Assembly: GCA_965198175.1 (NCBI GenBank)
Contig: OZ240245.1
Span: 4,288,001-4,352,000, forward strand
Length of the DNA: 64,000 nt
Direction of reading: 5' to 3'
DNA from: Candidatus Poribacteria bacterium
Lineage (GTDB): Bacteria > Poribacteria > WGA-4E > PCPOR2b
The notes under the pieces are model-generated. The model did no database searches. It was not told the DNA's origin and worked only from the letters and a program-made list of their open reading frames with translations. The position numbers and the translations under genes are program-made. Positions 1 to 10,869 of this stretch are shown here, one piece after another. Position 1 is the first letter of the stretch, and the number at the start of each line of letters is the position of its first letter.

Positions 1-296
1 AGTATGAGATATTGAAATGTCGCGCTTTGAGAGTGAGAGCGATAGCTGCTCATCCGCGGTATGCACATCTCTGGGATGTTTATCCATTCAACGCAGGATA
101 TTTTATGTGCTTACGCCTGAAATCAGCGAACGCGGAGACAGTGCGCCAACAACTCCTCGACGAATGCGGAATCGGTGTAATCGCGATTGGAGATACGGAT
201 TTACGGGTTGCGTTTTCCTGCATCGAAACGTCGGAGATTGATGAAGTCTTTCATGCGATTGCCCAAGTGGCAATACGCGTGAAATGCGACAGATAG
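1..296 (+). CDS. C-terminal part of PLP-dependent class I/II aminotransferase (5' truncated by window)
   Basis: YPFNAGYFMCL...GIGVIA...DLRVAFSC resembles the C-terminus of aminotransferase I/II-fold proteins; stop TAG at 294-296. Confidence 0.65.
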   Translation, partial: YEILKCRALRVRAIAAHPRYAHLWDVYPFNAGYFMCLRLKSANAETVRQQLLDECGIGVIAIGDTDLRVAFSCIETSEIDEVFHAIAQVAIRVKCDR

Positions 297-300
297 GCGT

Positions 301-2418
301 TTGAAGATAGTGCCACGTGTCAGAAAAGGCGAGGAAGAATGGAAAGATGACATGGCAAAGTCTAAAACCAAATACGTATACCCCTCTACACCTCACGTTT
401 CACCATTGATTCGCATGATTCCCTTCCCCTTGCTACTGATTTATCTCATTTACTTCAACACCGCCATCTACGCTCAAGGGACGCCAGAGCCGATTCAGTT
501 CGATGAAATTATAGTAACCCCTGGTCAATTTAGCATCGAACCCGGGACACATGCAACGCTTTCGCTGTCAAAGAAAGAGATTGAACTGTTTCCGATGATT
601 GACAACGACCTGGCGCGCGCTGCGCATATCTTTCCGGGAATCGCGTCCAATGATTTTAGTGCGAGGTTCAATGTGCGGGGCGGTGAAAAGGACGAAATTC
701 TCGTGCGACTAGATGGAATGGAACTATTCGACCCGTATCACCTGCAAGATTTCGGTGGTGCAGTCTCTATCATCGATCTCGGAATTGTTCGCCGCGCCAA
801 TCTGCTGATGGGCGGCTTCCCCGCCGAATATGGCGGCAAAATGTCAGGTGTGTTCGACATTACCGCGAAAACGGGGAATCGAGAGGAATTTACCGCGAAT
901 GTCGGTTTCGATCTAATCAACGCACATGCGCTGCTGGAGGGACCGCTATCCGACAAAGGCTCATGGCTTTTCTCGGCGCGGCGGGGCTACGTGGATCTCA
1001 TTCTCGCCTTAATGGGTGCCAACGAAAAACTCAAGCCGCAGTACGCCGATTTATACAGCAAGATTACCTACGATCTGACTCAGAGGAACCAACTCACCCT
1101 TAACGCCCTCTACGCTTGGGATGACAATCTCATTGACGAAGATGATGACGAAAATGACCTCGATTCCACCTATCAGAATGCGATGATTTGGACAAAGTGG
1201 CGTCACTTTTTTAGCGATGAGGTCTGGTCAGATTTCTTCCTGTTTAACGGTGGGGCGACGCGGGATCGCCGGAAAGGGATTGACGGCGTTGACCAACGGG
1301 ACCTCGGGTTTCTCGGTGTGAAGGGGGAGCTTACCGCGCATCTATTCGATATCCATACAATGCAAGCAGGAATTGAATGGCGTTGGTCTGCCGCGAGGTA
1401 CGACTACGCCATCCGCGAACAGCGGGCTGGAATTGATCGGTACGAGCTAAGTGAAGCAAGAGTTGATGACAACGGCGGTGAACTGAAAGCCTATATACAA
1501 GACGAATGGCGTCTTCACCGAATGTTAGCAATCAATACAGGCGTGCGTTATCTCATCCAGAATTACCGTCGTCCCGGCATACAGCGGTACGAAATAAGCC
1601 CACGAGCTGCACTGGCATTGAAACCGACTGATAACCTAGTGCTGCGCGGTGCGTGGGGACTTTATCATCAACCCGTTCAGTTGCTAACCATACCAGTCGA
1701 AGACTCAATTGAAGATGTCCGCAGGGCGGAACAAGCAACCCACTATGTCCTCGGTGCAGAATATACATCGGGCGGAAACTTCATGGTTCGCGCTGAAGGA
1801 TATTACAAAAAGCTAGATAACCTCACCGGACAAATTAGGGACTTCGGTCGGCAAACTCAAATTCTCACATCACCGGATTCGGGGCATGTAAGAGGGTTAG
1901 ATCTCTTCTTGAGCCGTGCGATATCGAATCGGCTGACAGGGAGTTTGGGCTATACCTACGCCGTTGCCAAAGAGTACACAGGTGCAGAGGAGTTCTTCCG
2001 CGAATTTGATCGACGTCACAGCATCGCCCTCAACGGAAGTTACCGATTTTCGCCGAGTTGGCATCTCCACCTCAGTTGGCGGTTCCACACTGGAGATCCG
2101 ACAACGCATCTAGATCATACACCGGTTCGCCTTTCCGATGGCAGTCTCACCTGCGACCGGCAATTTGGCACAACGAATGCCGAACGTCTTCGCGCGTACC
2201 ACAGTCTCGATCTCCGGTTCACAAAATCAACCATCTACAGAAGTTGGACGCTCAATTGGTATTTTCAGGTCTTAAACCTGTACAACCGCTCGAATGAGCA
2301 TGAACGCGCTTTCAGCGTAGTCCGCGATGAGGGTACAAATGCTATCGTTGATTGTGAAGTGAGCGATGAGCCACTATTTCCGATTCTTCCGACGTTGGGC
2401 ATCAGTGCGACATTCTAG
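301..2418 (+). CDS. TonB-dependent outer-membrane receptor (true start probably 352 or 415)
   Basis: plug motifs NVRGG...LDG..LFDPYH and GGFPAEYG..MSGV; beta-barrel strands; C-terminal Phe (ISATF). Confidence 0.9.
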   Translation: MKIVPRVRKGEEEWKDDMAKSKTKYVYPSTPHVSPLIRMIPFPLLLIYLIYFNTAIYAQGTPEPIQFDEIIVTPGQFSIEPGTHATLSLSKKEIELFPMIDNDLARAAHIFPGIASNDFSARFNVRGGEKDEILVRLDGMELFDPYHLQDFGGAVSIIDLGIVRRANLLMGGFPAEYGGKMSGVFDITAKTGNREEFTANVGFDLINAHALLEGPLSDKGSWLFSARRGYVDLILALMGANEKLKPQYADLYSKITYDLTQRNQLTLNALYAWDDNLIDEDDDENDLDSTYQNAMIWTKWRHFFSDEVWSDFFLFNGGATRDRRKGIDGVDQRDLGFLGVKGELTAHLFDIHTMQAGIEWRWSAARYDYAIREQRAGIDRYELSEARVDDNGGELKAYIQDEWRLHRMLAINTGVRYLIQNYRRPGIQRYEISPRAALALKPTDNLVLRGAWGLYHQPVQLLTIPVEDSIEDVRRAEQATHYVLGAEYTSGGNFMVRAEGYYKKLDNLTGQIRDFGRQTQILTSPDSGHVRGLDLFLSRAISNRLTGSLGYTYAVAKEYTGAEEFFREFDRRHSIALNGSYRFSPSWHLHLSWRFHTGDPTTHLDHTPVRLSDGSLTCDRQFGTTNAERLRAYHSLDLRFTKSTIYRSWTLNWYFQVLNLYNRSNEHERAFSVVRDEGTNAIVDCEVSDEPLFPILPTLGISATF

Positions 2419-2463
2419 TAATGAAATTCGAAAAATAGTGCATGATGGGTCGAAACAGTTGGG

Positions 2464-3756
2464 CTAACGCGCGATTTCTCTATAGACCGCTAGGGTTGCC
2501 TCTGCCATGACATCATCGCTAAACGTTCTGTGTACCGCTTCTTTTCCCTGATAGCCCAATTCTTTGCGGTAGTTCTCATCGTTCATTAACTGAAGAATAC
2601 CCAATGCGATAGCATCAGGAGATTCGGCGTCCACCAATATTCCACCGCCAGCCGCAGCTATCAATTCGGGGAAGGCGCCGTGTCGCGGCTGAACCACTGG
2701 CACTCCATTGGCAAGTGCTTCTAAGATGTAAAGCCCTTTGGATTCTTTGTACGTTGTCGGTACAGACAATACGTGAAGACCGTTGAGAAACTGAATCTTT
2801 TGTCCGCGGTCAACCTCCCCCCAATGTTCAAATGAATCCGTCAATCCCCACGCCTCAATTTGCTTGACCATTTCCGCAAAATAATCCCTATCCCGCTTGC
2901 TCAAGTATCCGGCGACCTTGAGTCGTATCTGGTTGCCACCCACACGCTCTGCCAGCTGGTGAAACGCATCGACCAGCAGATGGAGTCCCTTCTCGGGACA
3001 AATTCGCGCTAAGTAACCGACAACAAAAGGCACATCGTTGATTGGCTGCACCTGATTCACTCCATGACCATTGAGGTTCAAACCCAGCTTCACAACGTTT
3101 ATGCGCTCCACAGGGATGTTCAGATACCTTGCCATATAGTCGGCATAGTATTCACACGGCGCAATGAACCCATCTACATCTGAAGCCCGCGTCTGAAGCA
3201 GTTCCAGCGCACGAGATCTGTACGGTTCGATGAGTGCTTCTAAAAAGATATCCTCCCCCTGGAAAGCGCAAACGACAGGTACACCCAACGCCTTTTTTAT
3301 CTCCTTCGCAAACCCCACAAACATGGAGTTGGTAAGCTGAACAATATCGGGACGATAGGAATCGCTCAGCCATCTGACGAGTTTCGTCAGTTCCTTTTTC
3401 TGCCGCCCATCTTCGCCTTGAAGCACTGAAACAGTGAGCTCACCCAAATCCTTAGCATCGGTCGATGCACTAAATCGAGATAAGCCATTCAACAGTGCCG
3501 GCGTATCGAACAGCCGATCAAACAGCCAAGGCGTATGACGGAATAGAGCTAACTTCTGCTGGAGATACACATTGATCCCGCCGTAAAAGATGCGGTCTAT
3601 GCTGACATCAACCTCATCGGTCCGAATGGGAGTATAGGTCGGGATGAGGGCAACCTCATGCCCCTTCTCTCGCAAAGCTGCGGCAAGCGTATTATCATGA
3701 ATGCAGGTGCCGCAATACATGCCTGCGGCACCTGCAGCAATATAAGCGATTTTCAT
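2464..3756 (-). CDS. glycosyltransferase family 4 (GT-B)
   Basis: LARICPEKG and ESKGLYILEALANGVPVV motifs; start placed at MKIAYIAAG. Confidence 0.9.
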   Translation of the reverse strand: MKIAYIAAGAAGMYCGTCIHDNTLAAALREKGHEVALIPTYTPIRTDEVDVSIDRIFYGGINVYLQQKLALFRHTPWLFDRLFDTPALLNGLSRFSASTDAKDLGELTVSVLQGEDGRQKKELTKLVRWLSDSYRPDIVQLTNSMFVGFAKEIKKALGVPVVCAFQGEDIFLEALIEPYRSRALELLQTRASDVDGFIAPCEYYADYMARYLNIPVERINVVKLGLNLNGHGVNQVQPINDVPFVVGYLARICPEKGLHLLVDAFHQLAERVGGNQIRLKVAGYLSKRDRDYFAEMVKQIEAWGLTDSFEHWGEVDRGQKIQFLNGLHVLSVPTTYKESKGLYILEALANGVPVVQPRHGAFPELIAAAGGGILVDAESPDAIALGILQLMNDENYRKELGYQGKEAVHRTFSDDVMAEATLAVYREIAR

Positions 3757-3838
3757 GCCGATCAATGACCACCAAATATTGAGTATCGACGATTTAAGGT
3801 TTAACTTCTGTCGCGTGACGTTATCTCTCTTGGCTATT

Positions 3839-5809
3839 TCAACCGCTTTCTGACAGCTTGGCACGCCAATTGACAATACCGAAGGCTACGACAACGATGA
3901 ATGCCGGCGCTTGCAACCAGATCTGGGCACCACCCGAGGGCGTAAAAAAGAAGATTATGGCGGCGCCGAGCAATATCGCCCGTTGCCACAGTTCAAGTGG
4001 TGCGAACCAATAGCCGGAAACACTCGCAGCCAATGGAGCAATGCCAAAAACGGTGAGCAGGATGTTTCCTGCTACAGCGGCGAAACCCGCCGTGCCTCCA
4101 TCCGGGGATAAGAGCAACAATTCCGGTCGCAAAACGAAAGCGTAAGGTAGGGCAAATCCCACCAGTGCAAAGCGGAAAGCGGCGAATGCCGTTTGCATAA
4201 TCCCTGCGTCCGCAATTGCAGCCGCCGTATAAGCCGCTAACGCCACCGGCGGTGTCACCATAGACATCATGCCGAAATAGAAGATAAACAGATGCGCGGC
4301 AAGGGGTACGAGTCCCAAATCCCGCAGAATCGGACCGACCAAGGTCGCCATGAGCAGGTAACACACCGACGAAGGCAGTCCCATCCCAAGGATGATAGTC
4401 GAGACCATCAAGAGCATCAGTGCGAAAATCAAATTGTCTTCGGCAAGCGGTAAAAGGATTCCCGCCAGATTTCTGCCAATGTCTGTCAGCGTCACAACGC
4501 CGATGATTAACCCCACGCATGACGCCGCCGCAACCAGCGAAACGCCGCCATGGGCAGCCTTTTCCATTGCCGATAGGACACCCTTGATGCTGACCCGAGT
4601 TTCTTTGTTGAACGCACTCAAAACTAAAATCAGGAGCAAGCTCAAGCTGACCGACCGAAAGGGAGTGTAACCGATGATTAGAAAAAGCACGAGCGAAATA
4701 AACGCGGTGAAAAAGATGAACCCCTGTATCGGTGCAGTGCGTCCCGACTCTGCCGAGGGCAGTTCGGCGCCTTCCGCTTTTCCACCTGATGTCGTGCTGA
4801 CCTCTGCCCTTGCGCTTTCACGTCCGGCGTAGAAGTGGACAATCAACAGGAGCGCCGTGTAGTAGAGAACCGCAGGAATCAGGGCGGCTCTGATGATTTC
4901 CAGATAGGTTACCGACGGTTGAACAATCTCAAGCATCATGTAAGCACCCGCACCCATGATGGGAGGAACCAACGCACCGCCTGAACTGGCGGCAGCTTCT
5001 ACTCCCCCAGCGTCGCTGGGTTTGAAGCCGACGCTTTTCATCAGTGGGATGGTGAAGGTGCCGGTGGTAGCCGTATTGGCAACAGCACTGCCGGAGAGCG
5101 ACCCCATCATCCCGCTGCTGAGGACGGCAATCTTGGCAGCCCCGCCCGCGCTTGAGCGAAACAGACGTCTTGCAAAACCGATGATATATCCGGTCGCCCC
5201 CGTTTTTTCCAATATTGTTCCAAACAGAACGAAGAGAAACACATACTTGAACATCACATTCAAGGCAATGCCGAAAACGCCCTGGCTCTGCAAAAAAGTA
5301 TGGCTAATAATGCGTTCCAAGGGTTGAGCCTTGTGTGGAAATAACCAGATGGGCATAGATGACCGAAAACCCGCATAAAGTAAAAACACCAAGGAAAGAA
5401 GCGGTAGAGCGAAACCGATAGCACGTCGCGTCGCTTCCAAAACCAGAAGGACACCAACGAAACCCATGAGGTAATCTCCGAATCGTTCTGCGCCCGCACG
5501 TTGACCAAGAGGCTGACCGTCAATCCAAAACCGCTCAAACATCGGCTCTGTCTGAACCAGAATATAGCCGAAGCTGACCACAGTGGCGATAGCAAAGATA
5601 AAATCCAAAGCCCGGAATGAAACCCTACCTTCAAGTCGGCGGTGGATAGGGTATTTCAGAAATACCAAGATTGTTCCCAACATCCCAAAGATTGCCAATT
5701 GAGATTGGGGCAACAGGTGAGGAGAATTGACCTCAACTAAGATAAACAGACTGAGAAGGGCGGCGAGGATTTGGAAAAGGACCCCGCGGATCCGTTGGAG
5801 GAAATTCAT
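3839..5809 (-). CDS. TRAP transporter fused permease (4TM/12TM, TAXI-associated)
   Basis: GSLSGSAVAN, EAAASSGG..VPPIMGAGA, LGMGLP and TPPVALAAY motifs; polytopic membrane protein. Confidence 0.93.
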   Translation of the reverse strand: MNFLQRIRGVLFQILAALLSLFILVEVNSPHLLPQSQLAIFGMLGTILVFLKYPIHRRLEGRVSFRALDFIFAIATVVSFGYILVQTEPMFERFWIDGQPLGQRAGAERFGDYLMGFVGVLLVLEATRRAIGFALPLLSLVFLLYAGFRSSMPIWLFPHKAQPLERIISHTFLQSQGVFGIALNVMFKYVFLFVLFGTILEKTGATGYIIGFARRLFRSSAGGAAKIAVLSSGMMGSLSGSAVANTATTGTFTIPLMKSVGFKPSDAGGVEAAASSGGALVPPIMGAGAYMMLEIVQPSVTYLEIIRAALIPAVLYYTALLLIVHFYAGRESARAEVSTTSGGKAEGAELPSAESGRTAPIQGFIFFTAFISLVLFLIIGYTPFRSVSLSLLLILVLSAFNKETRVSIKGVLSAMEKAAHGGVSLVAAASCVGLIIGVVTLTDIGRNLAGILLPLAEDNLIFALMLLMVSTIILGMGLPSSVCYLLMATLVGPILRDLGLVPLAAHLFIFYFGMMSMVTPPVALAAYTAAAIADAGIMQTAFAAFRFALVGFALPYAFVLRPELLLLSPDGGTAGFAAVAGNILLTVFGIAPLAASVSGYWFAPLELWQRAILLGAAIIFFFTPSGGAQIWLQAPAFIVVVAFGIVNWRAKLSESG

Positions 5810-5871
5810 CTATTCACAAACTTAACTTGAGAATACCGTCTAACGTGGCAAGGGCTTAGTTCGTAAAGATT

Positions 5872-6849
5872 CTACTCCTGCCAAATTCCGATTTCTTTGT
5901 AGTAGCGAATTGCGCCCGGGTGGAAGGGTGTACCGGTGTTCTTAACGACGTTTTTGGGGTTGATTGCTCTGCCCGCAGGATGGATTTCCGAAACGTCCGC
6001 TTGGTTTTCGTAGAGGATTTTGGTGAAATGGTAAACCGTTTCCTCATCCTCATCTGCCCGCGTAATCAGGTGCATCGCACCGACGTTCATGCCCTCGAAC
6101 GGCTCGGTTTGGTTCCGATAAGTCGCTGTAGGAATCGTGGCGGCGTCAAAAAACGGGTAATTTTCAAACAGACGCTGCTTCGCCGCCTCTTCAAAAGGAA
6201 TGAAAAAGATATCCTGCGAGGTGCAAGCCTGTAGAATTGATGCCGTAGGAACAGCTCCGCCCAGAAACGCAGCGGCAGCGGAACCGTCAGCCAACATATC
6301 GACCGCGCCCGCCTGCGTGTTATGGAGCGGTGTAAAATCCTTATACGTCACGCCGTGAGCTGCTAGAATCGGTTCCAGAAAATACTCGAAACCCGCGCCC
6401 GCCGGTCCGACCACCACACGTTTCCCTTTGAGATCTACAATATTCTTCACACCGGAGCGTTTTGGAGTAATGAAAAGCGCAACATTCGGCGCAAGCGTCA
6501 TTACCGTATGGATGGCGTGTTTACGCTTCCAAGCGCCTTCGCCGCGAACGGCAAAGTAGGATATGGCGGCATTGGCGAGGGCAAACTCCAACTCACCTTT
6601 GCTCATGCGTCGGATATTCTCCTGCGTGCCTTTCGTTGCTTCTGCGGAAACTATCCAGCGGCGGTCTCCTGGATTCTCGCTGACAACTTGCGCAATGGCG
6701 CTCCCCACGACGAAAAACGCCCCTCCCGGCGGCGCCGTGCCAACACTTAGAAACTGGCGTTTTTCCGCTGAGACGCTCGTCAGCACAGCGAGTAGCCCAG
6801 CAATAACCAACATAACTCGCAGACATCTCCATTTTTTCGCATAATTCAT
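5872..6849 (-). CDS. TAXI-family TRAP solute-binding protein
   Basis: signal peptide; GTAPPGG, ATKGTQENI and PFHPGAIRYY motifs; adjacent to the fused permease. Confidence 0.93.
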   Translation of the reverse strand: MNYAKKWRCLRVMLVIAGLLAVLTSVSAEKRQFLSVGTAPPGGAFFVVGSAIAQVVSENPGDRRWIVSAEATKGTQENIRRMSKGELEFALANAAISYFAVRGEGAWKRKHAIHTVMTLAPNVALFITPKRSGVKNIVDLKGKRVVVGPAGAGFEYFLEPILAAHGVTYKDFTPLHNTQAGAVDMLADGSAAAAFLGGAVPTASILQACTSQDIFFIPFEEAAKQRLFENYPFFDAATIPTATYRNQTEPFEGMNVGAMHLITRADEDEETVYHFTKILYENQADVSEIHPAGRAINPKNVVKNTGTPFHPGAIRYYKEIGIWQE

Positions 6850-7125
6850 GATTACAATCCCTTCGTGAATACCCGGTAAGATTGGTGGACAACGACTTGG
6901 AACGATAAAAAGAAAATCTGAATCAAGGATACACTTTATCCCTCGTAGATGTCAAGAGGAAGATGCTCTTCCGTTTCCGAGTACAGGGAAACAGGCATAT
7001 TGGTTTTCGCACTGCAACGCTAAGCGCACGATAAAACATGGAAAACCCCTCAACAAATATGGTATCTTAATATTCGATGCAAAGGAGGTTACAGCTTAGA
7101 ACCCTTAACAAGGTAGGCATGAGGT

Positions 7126-9981
7126 ATGAATAAATCTAAACTCACCTGGATCGGGATATTGGTAATATCCGCTTGGATTCACGCAGGGGGGGTATCGGCG
7201 TTCGGAGATAACACGGAGAAATGGCAGAAAAGTTTGGAGAAAGACTACGCCGAAATCTTGAACGCAGCCCATAAGAAATTGGAGCGCCATCGCGGCTTAG
7301 TCAACAAATGGCGTGAGAAGGAACATCTCCCAGACCTCATCCGTCTTTACGAGGCAGATACCACCGCTGAAGGCGCAGACGCCGATGTGTATTATGGATT
7401 GGGTTATGCCTACGCGATTCAAGGTGGTGACGGTGCTCTTGAAAAAGCCGAAACGCAATTTCAACGTGCCATTGCCCTCCAAGCGGATTTACCTCTAGCA
7501 CACTATAGCCTAGGTGGAGTCTACCAACAACAAGGGAAATACGAACAGGCGCTCCAGGAAATGGAAACATGCATCCGATTGTTCCCCCAAAATCTTCCAG
7601 CCTACTATAAGCAGGGCGAAATTTATCTTCAGCAAGACAGACTCGATGAAGCGTTCAAATCATTTAAGATGGTACTAGGAATCAAACCCAACTGGGTTTA
7701 TGCCCACCACGGGCTGGGATCGGTCTACCTCAAACGAGGAGAGTTGAACGCTGCAAGAGCAACTTTTGAGAAAGCCATCCGTCGCAACGAGAAATTTGCC
7801 CCGGCATATTTCAAACTCGGGCAGGTGCTCGCTAGCGAAAATCGCTTTGAGGAGGCGTTGAAGGCGTACAAGGACGCCGCCAAGCATCAAGATTACACGG
7901 CGGAAGTTTTGTACGAACTCGGCGTGATTTTCGCGCAAAAGGGCAACCCAGACGGTGCAATCAATCTATATCGTCGCGCGATTGCGATTGACCCAAACTA
8001 CGCGCCGGCTCACCTTCAGCTTGGCGACATCTACTACATCAATAATCAGCATGACCTCGCATTGGAACACTATAAACGGGCGATCGATGCCGATCCGGCG
8101 ACCAAAGATTACTTCATTAAGCGGCTCGCGCCATATCATGCGGGGGAAATGGCAATCAATGAGGCGAAATCGTTGCTGGATCGAACGTTGGCTCTGAATC
8201 CAGACGATCCGCGCGGGTATTTCTATTACGCCCAGATCGAGGTTGACGCTGGAAACCCAACCGCTGCAATCCAACACTACGAAAAAACGATTGAAATCAT
8301 TGAGGCGGATATAGCGCACCTGGAAACAGAGTTGCCGGCAGGTGATTTTCTCGACGCCTATCTGTCATTGGGAAATCTTTACTACCAAGCTGGAAACCAC
8401 CAGAGTGCGGCTACGGCATATCGACGCGCAATAGAACTAGCCCCGGAGCGAGAACGACATTTCTTTGATCAGGGCAAAACCGCTTACGACGCCGAGCAGT
8501 TCGATCAGGCAATCGAACCGCTCAACAAATTCCTCCTCATATATCCAGAAGACATCGAAGCGACCTACATTCTGGGACGCAGCTACGAGGCGAAGGGAGA
8601 TCTAGATAACGCGCTGCGGCGTTACACCCAAACGATTCAACTGGACCCGCATTATCAGGATGTCTTGATGAGATCTGCGCAGATTTATCGGAAACAGACC
8701 AACCCGCAAAGCGCGTTGGTCACACTGGAGAAACTAATCGCCATCGATCCAACAAACGTCGATGCACTTTATCTGTCGGGCTTGACGCACATTCAGTTGA
8801 ATCGCCCTGATGACGCTCTCGTCGCCTTTCTAGAAACGGTGCGTCTAGATCCAAATCACGTTGACGCACACTACCAAGGGGCAATGCTGTATGAGCAAAA
8901 GGGCGATATCGACAATACGGTGAATCTGTATGAAAGGACAATCCAGCTCGATGCATCAAGAGCAGATGCACTCCTGCGCGTCGGGGCAATCTATCTTCAA
9001 CGGGGCGATGTGGATAATGTCGTCCGCGTCTATGAACGGGGACTGGTAATCGAACCCAATCACCCACTGGCGCAATACGACCTCGCCGCCATCTTTGAAG
9101 AGCGAGCGGAAGTTGAAAAAGCGATTGTGCACTTTGGGCTTGCCAACCAACACGACGACAGCCGCTACGATTGGCATTATCGCTACGCCCGCCTGCTGGA
9201 TCGCCACGTCCGTACCTTAGAGGATTATGACAAATACGCGGGAATGGCGGTCGAAGAGTATAGCAGGACGATTGCGCTTAAATCCGATTACGCACCGGCT
9301 TACTTTCATCGTGGGCTGATTGCCCGCCGATACAAACAGATTGGGGACGAGCTCTTTCGTTACAGCCAGATCGCGGAAGACTTCAAAAAGGTAATCGCCC
9401 TCGAACCGAAGAACGCTGATGCCCACTACTATCTCGGCATGACCTACCTGGACCTCGATCAACGTGACAAAGCCAAAGAGGTTTTCCAAATAACCCGCGA
9501 ACTCAATCCGAAATATAAGGACGTGTCCTTCCAGCTTGGGGGAATTACAGAGTCGGAACACAAATACAAGGAAGCCATCCAGCACTACGAAGCGGAGGTC
9601 GCTATCAATCCTAAGTCCGTCAAAACCTATCAACGGCTCGGCGATCTCTACGGTGCTTATGTGCTGGATTTCGGGCGCGCCAAAGACACTTTGGAGAAAG
9701 CGCTCGAATTAGAACCCGACCATGCGGCGACGCTTCTCAACTACGGAAATACCCTCTATCACTTGAATCAACTCGGCTCAGCGACAGAGCAATTTGAACG
9801 CTTGGTTCAGTTGGACCCCAAAGACCCCAGCGCAAACTACAATCTCGCCTTAATGTATGAGTACACCGGCAAAACCCAACAAGCCATTGATCGATGGAAA
9901 AAGTTCCTCAAGCTTAATCCCCCCTCGGAATGGAAAACAGAGGCAGAAGGGCGATTACAACAACTCGGCGCGAAGCCGTAA
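7126..9981 (+). CDS. large secreted tetratricopeptide-repeat protein
   Basis: N-terminal signal peptide followed by roughly 20 34-aa TPR units (A.Y.LG.......A...Y..A...P). Confidence 0.92.
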   Translation: MNKSKLTWIGILVISAWIHAGGVSAFGDNTEKWQKSLEKDYAEILNAAHKKLERHRGLVNKWREKEHLPDLIRLYEADTTAEGADADVYYGLGYAYAIQGGDGALEKAETQFQRAIALQADLPLAHYSLGGVYQQQGKYEQALQEMETCIRLFPQNLPAYYKQGEIYLQQDRLDEAFKSFKMVLGIKPNWVYAHHGLGSVYLKRGELNAARATFEKAIRRNEKFAPAYFKLGQVLASENRFEEALKAYKDAAKHQDYTAEVLYELGVIFAQKGNPDGAINLYRRAIAIDPNYAPAHLQLGDIYYINNQHDLALEHYKRAIDADPATKDYFIKRLAPYHAGEMAINEAKSLLDRTLALNPDDPRGYFYYAQIEVDAGNPTAAIQHYEKTIEIIEADIAHLETELPAGDFLDAYLSLGNLYYQAGNHQSAATAYRRAIELAPERERHFFDQGKTAYDAEQFDQAIEPLNKFLLIYPEDIEATYILGRSYEAKGDLDNALRRYTQTIQLDPHYQDVLMRSAQIYRKQTNPQSALVTLEKLIAIDPTNVDALYLSGLTHIQLNRPDDALVAFLETVRLDPNHVDAHYQGAMLYEQKGDIDNTVNLYERTIQLDASRADALLRVGAIYLQRGDVDNVVRVYERGLVIEPNHPLAQYDLAAIFEERAEVEKAIVHFGLANQHDDSRYDWHYRYARLLDRHVRTLEDYDKYAGMAVEEYSRTIALKSDYAPAYFHRGLIARRYKQIGDELFRYSQIAEDFKKVIALEPKNADAHYYLGMTYLDLDQRDKAKEVFQITRELNPKYKDVSFQLGGITESEHKYKEAIQHYEAEVAINPKSVKTYQRLGDLYGAYVLDFGRAKDTLEKALELEPDHAATLLNYGNTLYHLNQLGSATEQFERLVQLDPKDPSANYNLALMYEYTGKTQQAIDRWKKFLKLNPPSEWKTEAEGRLQQLGAKP

Positions 9982-10023
9982 CCCCGATCTCGAATCGACA
10001 TATTGGCTAAACGGTTAGCAGCG

Positions 10024-10824
10024 ATGAAAATGACAGCTCGTGAAATCCACAACGGACTTCGAACCCAAATCCTCGGGCGTGAGATTGAGAGTTGCGATCG
10101 GATTGAATCGACAAACGATCTCGCACGAAAGCGCGGCATCGACGGTGCGCCGGAGGGAACGCTAATCCTCGCCGAAAGCCAAATCGCCGGTCGCGGACGA
10201 CACGGCAGACGATGGCATGCCCCGCCCGGATCGAGTATCCTCGCATCGCTCATTCTTCGTCATCGGCTGTTGGCGAACCAAATTGGATTACCCAGCATCG
10301 TTGGCGCCGTCGCAATTGCCACGGCAATCCACGAACTGACAAATCTCGCTGCGAAAATCCGCTGGCCCAATGATGTACTTATCCGCGGGAAAAAAGTGAG
10401 CGGTATCTTGACTGAATTGGAATACGATCGGGATCGGCAACCATTTTTGGTCGTGGGATTCGGCGTCAATGTCAACACGTTACTGACCGAGTTCCCGCAG
10501 GATTTACAGATGTCCGCCACATCCTTACGCATCGAAGAAGGGCGGACGTTCTCCCGCGTTGCTCTGACCCAGACCATCTTGCATCAACTGGAAGAGTGCT
10601 ACCTGCACCTAAAAAGCCGCGAAGTTGCGTCAATTGTTGAGAGGGCAAACACGCTCTCAACCACGCTTGGGCGTTGGGTGCAGGTTCAGACAGCAGGTAA
10701 GATTGTCGATGGCAGAGACGAGGGAATCGATCGTGATGGAGGGCTACTGCTGCGAGATGAATCCGGAGGTGTCCATAAGTTTCTGATCGGGGAGGTCGTG
10801 CGTACGAAAGAATGCCCGTCATGA
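10024..10824 (+). CDS. birA: biotin--[acetyl-CoA-carboxylase] ligase (no N-terminal HTH)
   Basis: STND, Q.AGRGR.GR.W and IRWPND....KKVSGIL motifs. Confidence 0.93.
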   Translation: MKMTAREIHNGLRTQILGREIESCDRIESTNDLARKRGIDGAPEGTLILAESQIAGRGRHGRRWHAPPGSSILASLILRHRLLANQIGLPSIVGAVAIATAIHELTNLAAKIRWPNDVLIRGKKVSGILTELEYDRDRQPFLVVGFGVNVNTLLTEFPQDLQMSATSLRIEEGRTFSRVALTQTILHQLEECYLHLKSREVASIVERANTLSTTLGRWVQVQTAGKIVDGRDEGIDRDGGLLLRDESGGVHKFLIGEVVRTKECPS

Positions 10825-10869
10825 GTATAAGGAGGTCAATTTCAGTCATGACAAAAGCACCTGACGGTT